A stretch of 64,000 nucleotides of DNA from a virus. Lineage: Duplodnaviria; Caudoviricetes. The stretch lies in the IMG/VR virus record IMGVR_UViG_3300042975_000096. One strand, written 5' to 3'. Positions 59,302 to 64,000 of this stretch are shown here, piece by piece (position 1 is the stretch's first letter; every line of letters begins with the position of its first letter). Below the pieces are notes generated by a model. The model was not told where the DNA came from. It did no database searches and saw only the letters and a program-made list of their open reading frames with translations. Made by a program: the position numbers and the translations under genes.

Positions 59302-59739
59302 TTATAATCCTCCCACTAAAAACCAACTATGCATAAGCATTTTTCCTCGATTTTTATTGCAAATGAAAGACATTATCATTTTTATAAAATCGTGTTTATA
59401 TTTATATTCTCTCATTCGTTTATCAAAAACGAAACAGTTATATTTTTCTTTATTTTTAAATTTACATTTTTCTGTCTTAAAATCAATTAGTTTATTTTCC
59501 CAAATAACAGGCATATGGAGTGTATGCATACACAAAGATTGCTTCCGATTCTGACGTTTTTTTAAGGAATATAAAGATACTGTACCGGAAGCAAGAGACA
59601 TGTTTGAAAATATATTATATACTAATATATATCTATCATTCAATTCTTCTAATGCATTAATAATAACCTTGTAGTGTATGGATATATATTCACCATGTAT
59701 TAATTTAATGTTAGGCATGTTATTTTTTTCAATAAACAC
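59302..59739 (-). CDS. G-[ILV]-tail family protein
   Basis: Ends WFLVGGL; paralog of 60716 (FDKR..E.KYK..FI). Confidence 0.7.
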   Translation of the reverse strand: MFIEKNNMPNIKLIHGEYISIHYKVIINALEELNDRYILVYNIFSNMSLASGTVSLYSLKKRQNRKQSLCMHTLHMPVIWENKLIDFKTEKCKFKNKEKYNCFVFDKRMREYKYKHDFIKMIMSFICNKNRGKMLMHSWFLVGGL

Positions 59740-59741
59740 AA

Positions 59742-59873
59742 TTACAATCCTTCTTCTGTAAATAATATATGATGAAAAAAAGATGCATTATAGACTGAAC
59801 TCAAAAATATATAGATACCGTCTAATACTAAATGCAAAGATTCCAACCGCTTATTAACTATATAATAGCACAT
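59742..59873 (-). pseudogene. Tail-only mini-ORF or relic (43 aa), homologous to the C-terminus of 62088..62621
   Basis: MCYYIVNKRLESLHLVLDGIYIFLSSVYNASFFHHILFTEEGL*; below the ORF-track size cut-off. Confidence 0.6.
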
Positions 59874-59890
59874 TTTTTAAAAATTGTCAA
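59862..59890 (-). promoter_or_regulatory. Sigma-A type early promoter
   Basis: TTGACA-N17-TATTAT with TG; nearly identical to 62656-62684. Confidence 0.75.
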
Positions 59891-59997
59891 CAAATAAAAA
59901 ACAAACCTGTGTTCTGAGCGAATGGAGGTTTGTTTTTTTATTATTCATTTTTTCAAGTTCGTTATCTAACACTTTTTCAAATGCTGAATTATCATAA

Positions 59998-60711
59998 TTA
60001 AATTCCATTTGTATTTCGATATCGTTTTTTGAATAAATCAACTATCACAGGTATTTGATTCAATACGAATTGATTTACGGTATCTTGAATTTTAATGAAC
60101 GCTTTATCTCTAGCACAAAGTTCAAAACTCAAAATATTATTATAATTGATAGGGTTAATTAAAGTATATGGTCTACATTTAATTTCATCTTCTATGTGTT
60201 TTTGAAATTCATTTACATCAATTAATCCATGTTCCAATCGACTTTCCAACATATCAAAAAAACAATATTTTAGGTGTTCTTTTGTAACAGAAGAAACACT
60301 ATTTTTTCCATTAAAAACATCCTTAAAATTTAATAGGAAATCACGTATTATATTTAGTCGTTCCATATCAGATTTTGTTCCTAGAGTAAATGACTCTATG
60401 TGTTCAAATCCATTATAATCTCCAAACATAGGTTCTTTTATTAAATTTAATAAACGTTTCTTTAATGTAACGTTTTTAATTATATCCACGCGATAAATAA
60501 TACATGACGTTTGAACCAAATGGGAATAATCATAAAAACCATCATGATGGTTTTTAAGAAGTCGAAGTTTATTGAAATAAGTCGGAAAACTACTATAACT
60601 AAGACAGCTATTATATGTCAATCGAAACATAACGACAAATTCATATCCTAATACTTTTAAATAATCGCATAAAAAAATCACATGTGCATTTGGTTGATAA
60701 AAACTTTTCAT
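59998..60711 (-). CDS. G-[ILV]-tail family protein (long)
   Basis: Ends YRNTNGI. Confidence 0.7.
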   Translation of the reverse strand: MKSFYQPNAHVIFLCDYLKVLGYEFVVMFRLTYNSCLSYSSFPTYFNKLRLLKNHHDGFYDYSHLVQTSCIIYRVDIIKNVTLKKRLLNLIKEPMFGDYNGFEHIESFTLGTKSDMERLNIIRDFLLNFKDVFNGKNSVSSVTKEHLKYCFFDMLESRLEHGLIDVNEFQKHIEDEIKCRPYTLINPINYNNILSFELCARDKAFIKIQDTVNQFVLNQIPVIVDLFKKRYRNTNGI

Positions 60712-60715
60712 TGTT

Positions 60716-61165
60716 TTATAATCCTCGATTCAAAAAGAATAATCGTGCTACTTGTTTTCGTCGTTCCTCATTATTTATAAAATTATCAATTATATCAATA
60801 AATTCGTTTTTATATTTAAATTCTTTTCTCCGTTTATCGAATTTTAATTTGTTATACTCTATTGCTAATTGAAATGATTGCATTTCTTGACTGTTATCCA
60901 TCATTCTATTTCTCCAAAATGCGTGCATATATAATGGACATAGTAACACCTGTTGTTTACTTGTATAGTCATAAATTAAAATTTCAGCAGGAATAATAAC
61001 GCTATTTTCAATACAGTCCACATATTTATTTCTGTTTTTTATATAGATGATTACTGCATATGTTCGGTTCAATTTTTCTGAAGAAAAATATCCAGCACAT
61101 TTAACGTTAAAATAAAAACCGTCTAAAATGCTATAAGGAACGATTCTCATACCTTCAATAACCAT
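60716..61165 (-). CDS. G-[ILV]-tail family protein
   Basis: Ends FFLNRGL. Confidence 0.7.
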   Translation of the reverse strand: MVIEGMRIVPYSILDGFYFNVKCAGYFSSEKLNRTYAVIIYIKNRNKYVDCIENSVIIPAEILIYDYTSKQQVLLCPLYMHAFWRNRMMDNSQEMQSFQLAIEYNKLKFDKRRKEFKYKNEFIDIIDNFINNEERRKQVARLFFLNRGL

Positions 61166-61168
61166 TTA

Positions 61169-61627
61169 TCATGCTCCTATTTGTTTGAATAACGCAGACC
61201 TGAAATCTTCTAAATCATCCCTATAAAAAAATGCTTTATCTTTTCTCATTAGTTTAATCGCGTTATAAAAATCATTAACAGATATGTTGAAATCTATATG
61301 TGAATATAAATTATGTTTGCCAAAGAAGCAATTGATAACTGTTTCACCGATATATTTTACATCTTCAATTTCAAACAATTTAACATCGTAACCGCCTTGT
61401 ATTTTCTTATCGGATATATACTGATTTTGTACATCATCGTCTATGAATTTTTCAATATTTCCATCATCAAACGCTGAATCTACATATTTAAAAACAAATG
61501 TTTTAATCACTAAATCGTCATTCTTTAATTTGTTTAATATGGCTATCGTGATAATATATATCCACTTTTCATTTTTTACGTTTACTGTTCCATAATAATC
61601 AGCTAATTTATCCTTCATAACCTTCAC
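61169..61627 (-). CDS. G-[ILV]-tail family protein
   Basis: Ends LFKQIGA; paralog of 61624 (FDDG..EKF). Confidence 0.7.
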   Translation of the reverse strand: MKVMKDKLADYYGTVNVKNEKWIYIITIAILNKLKNDDLVIKTFVFKYVDSAFDDGNIEKFIDDDVQNQYISDKKIQGGYDVKLFEIEDVKYIGETVINCFFGKHNLYSHIDFNISVNDFYNAIKLMRKDKAFFYRDDLEDFRSALFKQIGA

Positions 61628-62091
61628 ACCCCACTTCTTTTGAATTGTGCAGTTTTAAGTTTTTCTAAATCATTTCTATAAAGGAATTCCTTATGTTTTC
61701 GCAATTCCTTAATCACTTGACAAAGACTTGCATTGGAAAGATGAAAATTACTTGTGCGGTCAATAAGTTCATCATTTTCATCTAAAAAACAACTTATAGC
61801 TGTTTCTCCCACATTACGTATTTCTTCTGCTCTAAATATTTGTGAAGTGAATCCACCCAAAATTTTTTCATGTGCTATATTCCAACGACGAACATTATAA
61901 TCTGTGAATTTTTCAACATCGCCATCATCGAATGAAAATTCAATGTATCTAAATATAAGTGATTCAACGTTCAACAAATAATTTAATTTAGGATTGTTTA
62001 ATGCATTAACATTAATGACATACATCCATTTATCATGAAACATATCGATTGTTCCACAAAATGAAGCCAATTTATTATTCATGATAATCAC
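61624..62091 (-). CDS. G-[ILV]-tail family protein
   Basis: Ends QFKRSGV. Confidence 0.7.
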   Translation of the reverse strand: MIIMNNKLASFCGTIDMFHDKWMYVINVNALNNPKLNYLLNVESLIFRYIEFSFDDGDVEKFTDYNVRRWNIAHEKILGGFTSQIFRAEEIRNVGETAISCFLDENDELIDRTSNFHLSNASLCQVIKELRKHKEFLYRNDLEKLKTAQFKRSGV

Positions 62092-62621
62092 ACTCCATTC
62101 GTCATAAATGTAATATGACGAATTTTTTCATCATCATATACACGATTCAAAAAATTATCAACTCCGACCATTGCTAAATCCAAAGACTTTAATCGATTAT
62201 CAATAGCTTCTTTTGATGTTTTGTAAACATTTCTTTTACAAGCGGATTGTTTTGTGCGTTTGATACTACTACGAATCAATGATTTTTTGTTTCTTATCTT
62301 TTTCATTAAATCATAAGTATTACCTAAAAATGATAATTGATTCTCACTGTAATATGAAACATATCCTTTTTCAAATCCACCATGAGTAAAATTATAAGAT
62401 AAAAAAACGCTAGTTTTATTATAATCAATATATGCCTGTATGTGTCCATTATATAAAAAACCATCAAAATTAAATGAAAAGCTGAAATCAAAATAATCAA
62501 TACATTTCATTTCAATTAGTTTATCTATTCCGGTATGGTTATAGCACACACTACCTTCCTTCATTTTGTATGTTCTTTGTGTGTTTTCATGCATATTAGT
62601 GTTTCTCTCTATTCTTATCAT
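62088..62621 (-). CDS. G-[ILV]-tail family protein
   Basis: Ends TFMTNGV. Confidence 0.7.
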   Translation of the reverse strand: MIRIERNTNMHENTQRTYKMKEGSVCYNHTGIDKLIEMKCIDYFDFSFSFNFDGFLYNGHIQAYIDYNKTSVFLSYNFTHGGFEKGYVSYYSENQLSFLGNTYDLMKKIRNKKSLIRSSIKRTKQSACKRNVYKTSKEAIDNRLKSLDLAMVGVDNFLNRVYDDEKIRHITFMTNGV

Positions 62622-62655
62622 TTTAACTCCCTCTCTTTTTCAAAATCTTAATTAT

Positions 62656-62684
62656 ATAATAGCACATTTTTAAAAAATTGTCAA
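62656..62684 (-). promoter_or_regulatory. Sigma-A type early promoter
   Basis: TTGACA-N17-TATTAT with TG; terminator hairpin at 62695-62730. Confidence 0.75.
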
Positions 62685-62730
62685 TAAATATATAAAAAAT
62701 GGAATGTCTATTGCTAAACATTCCATTTTT

Positions 62731-62916
62731 TTATTTTCTTTTTTTTAATTCCGCATCCAATACTTTTTCAAATTCAGAATCTTCATAATTAAACATATCA
62801 CCATTATAATTATATTTAAAATTACTGATAAGCTGAAAAAATCTAGTATCAGGATAATCTTCCCATAAGATTTTAATTTTTTCTAAAATACGCTCAATAC
62901 GTTTTTCATCACGCAT
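62731..62916 (-). CDS. YihD/DUF1040-like small protein
   Basis: MRDEKRIERILEKIKILWEDYPDTRFFQLISN. Confidence 0.6.
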   Translation of the reverse strand: MRDEKRIERILEKIKILWEDYPDTRFFQLISNFKYNYNGDMFNYEDSEFEKVLDAELKKRK

Positions 62917-62918
62917 GA

Positions 62919-63218
62919 TTAAATTCCCTCCAATTTCTTATATTCAACATGCATATTATGAAGGTGTTTCTCAATAATTTTAATTAATGTTAGTTGTATC
63001 TCTGGTTCGGATATTACATGTTTAATATCGTCAAAAACTTTTTTTGTTTCCACTTCATCATAAATGGAAAACGTATATTCTTTAGAAGCCGAATTCAACA
63101 TTTCTTCTAATAAAATATTTACTTCTCCACTTCGCAATAATCTGAAAAACAATGCATACGTAAAATTTTGTTCCATTTTCATATAAACTACTTTATTTTT
63201 TTTGTTAACTGCATCCAT
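62919..63218 (-). CDS. G-[ILV]-tail family protein
   Basis: Ends YKKLEGI. Confidence 0.7.
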   Translation of the reverse strand: MDAVNKKNKVVYMKMEQNFTYALFFRLLRSGEVNILLEEMLNSASKEYTFSIYDEVETKKVFDDIKHVISEPEIQLTLIKIIEKHLHNMHVEYKKLEGI

Positions 63219-63235
63219 AATAACATCCTTTCTAA

Positions 63236-63661
63236 TTACACGCCATAAATGGAAAAGATAATATGATATATGTATTCCATCTGCTTCATAGCATATTTAT
63301 CAAAAAACAAGAAATTTATAATTTTGTGTTCTTTTTGAAATGCAAGTACGTTTTTTATCATACAATATAACAATTGATTTCTATCAAACACTTCATTAAA
63401 TAAAAGCGAATCTAATTTCAAACAATTACTCTTATTTATAAAATTGGACATTCTTAGGTGTATGACAAATATATTATATGTAAAACAATGAAACAAGGTT
63501 AAATTCAATGTATAACTGTTTGTATCATATCCTTCTATAATTATAAAATTGATGTGTAAAAAAATAGATAGTTGATAATAAAAATAATGTTTTCTAAACA
63601 ACTCATTTCCCGAAAACGAAAATGTTCTTTCATCAAAAATACCCGTATCTAAAAAGTTCAT
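63236..63661 (-). CDS. G-[ILV]-tail family protein
   Basis: Ends IFSIYGV. Confidence 0.7.
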   Translation of the reverse strand: MNFLDTGIFDERTFSFSGNELFRKHYFYYQLSIFLHINFIIIEGYDTNSYTLNLTLFHCFTYNIFVIHLRMSNFINKSNCLKLDSLLFNEVFDRNQLLYCMIKNVLAFQKEHKIINFLFFDKYAMKQMEYIYHIIFSIYGV

Positions 63662-63666
63662 AATAA

Positions 63667-64000
63667 CTATATCCCTCTCGCCATAAATAAATGATGTCGC
63701 AATTCACAATTAATGTTATTCATTTTGTGGTGCTTTAATTGATTGATAATGCTATTTATATGACCTTTATTAACATCAGTTAACGAATACGTGCTTTTGG
63801 CAAATAAATATAAGGACATGAGTTGTTCAAGCCATGCATGAAAATCACATGATGGAACAAAAGAATCAATATTTCTATCTTCATTATCCATATACGTTTG
63901 CCTATATATCCAGTTGGTTTCTTCTCCGTCTATATACAACTTATATACAAAAGTTATCCTGTTTTGAGGTTCAAAATACATACATGTGTATCGCAATAAA
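63667..64000 (-). CDS. G-[ILV]-tail family protein, probably 5'-truncated by the window edge
   Basis: Ends LFMARGI. Confidence 0.65.
   Translation of the reverse strand, partial: LLRYTCMYFEPQNRITFVYKLYIDGEETNWIYRQTYMDNEDRNIDSFVPSCDFHAWLEQLMSLYLFAKSTYSLTDVNKGHINSIINQLKHHKMNNINCELRHHLFMARGI

Noticed and set aside
30847-64000. G-[ILV]-stop ending as a by-product of Shine-Dalgarno overlap (GGA/GGG before a coupled ATG)
   Set aside because: It may contribute in coupled genes, but the motif persists before terminators and promoters, uses GGT/GGC and Ala codons, and includes a conserved upstream Phe that an RBS cannot explain.
1-64000. Plus-strand ORFs in the track (e.g. 6993..7628, 13110..13592, 52648..53079, 12223..12477)
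   Set aside because: They are antisense shadows of minus-strand genes or read through repeat DNA, with Ser/Phe/Ile-rich composition and no RBS.
1-64000. Stop-codon reassignment
   Set aside because: Long genes are intact under the standard bacterial code, and TAA, TAG and TGA all occur as real gene ends. The breaks seen are frameshifts, not in-frame stops.
1-64000. tRNA or rRNA genes
   Set aside because: No cloverleaf with T-arm/D-arm consensus was recognised in the intergenic regions by eye; a covariance-model scan would be needed to be sure.

Overview
A very AT-rich 64-kb segment of a large (jumbo-type) tailed bacteriophage genome. Every credible gene is on the minus strand, and consensus TTGACA-N17-TATAAT promoters with strong Shine-Dalgarno sites point to a Bacillota host (Negativicutes is a tentative guess). 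From left to right: (1) a head/packaging operon with a phage sigma factor, an M16 peptidase, a free-standing splicing-dead intein/LAGLIDADG protein, a terminase large subunit with a mini-intein, and several proteins carrying a KRL(A) motif; (2) a BRO antirepressor, kinases and a PAAR spike gene; (3) a duplicated tail-fibre/receptor-binding cassette; (4) from about 30.8 kb to the end, early-promoter-driven operons, interrupted by ligA, YopX, Lar and membrane-protein genes. The main finding is in this last part. About 48 small, highly divergent proteins all end in the same tail, (F/Y)-x-x-x-G-[I/L/V]-COOH, and one unannotated mini-ORF consists of little more than that tail. This looks like a large diversified protein library sharing one docking, sorting or processing signal. 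Two homologous non-coding AAAAAGTGGA repeat arrays (12.0 and 38.1 kb) and a repeat mosaic (54.7 kb) are candidate origin or protein-binding loci. Several homopolymer frameshifts suggest indel errors in the assembly. Family assignments come from motif recognition only; no database search was run.
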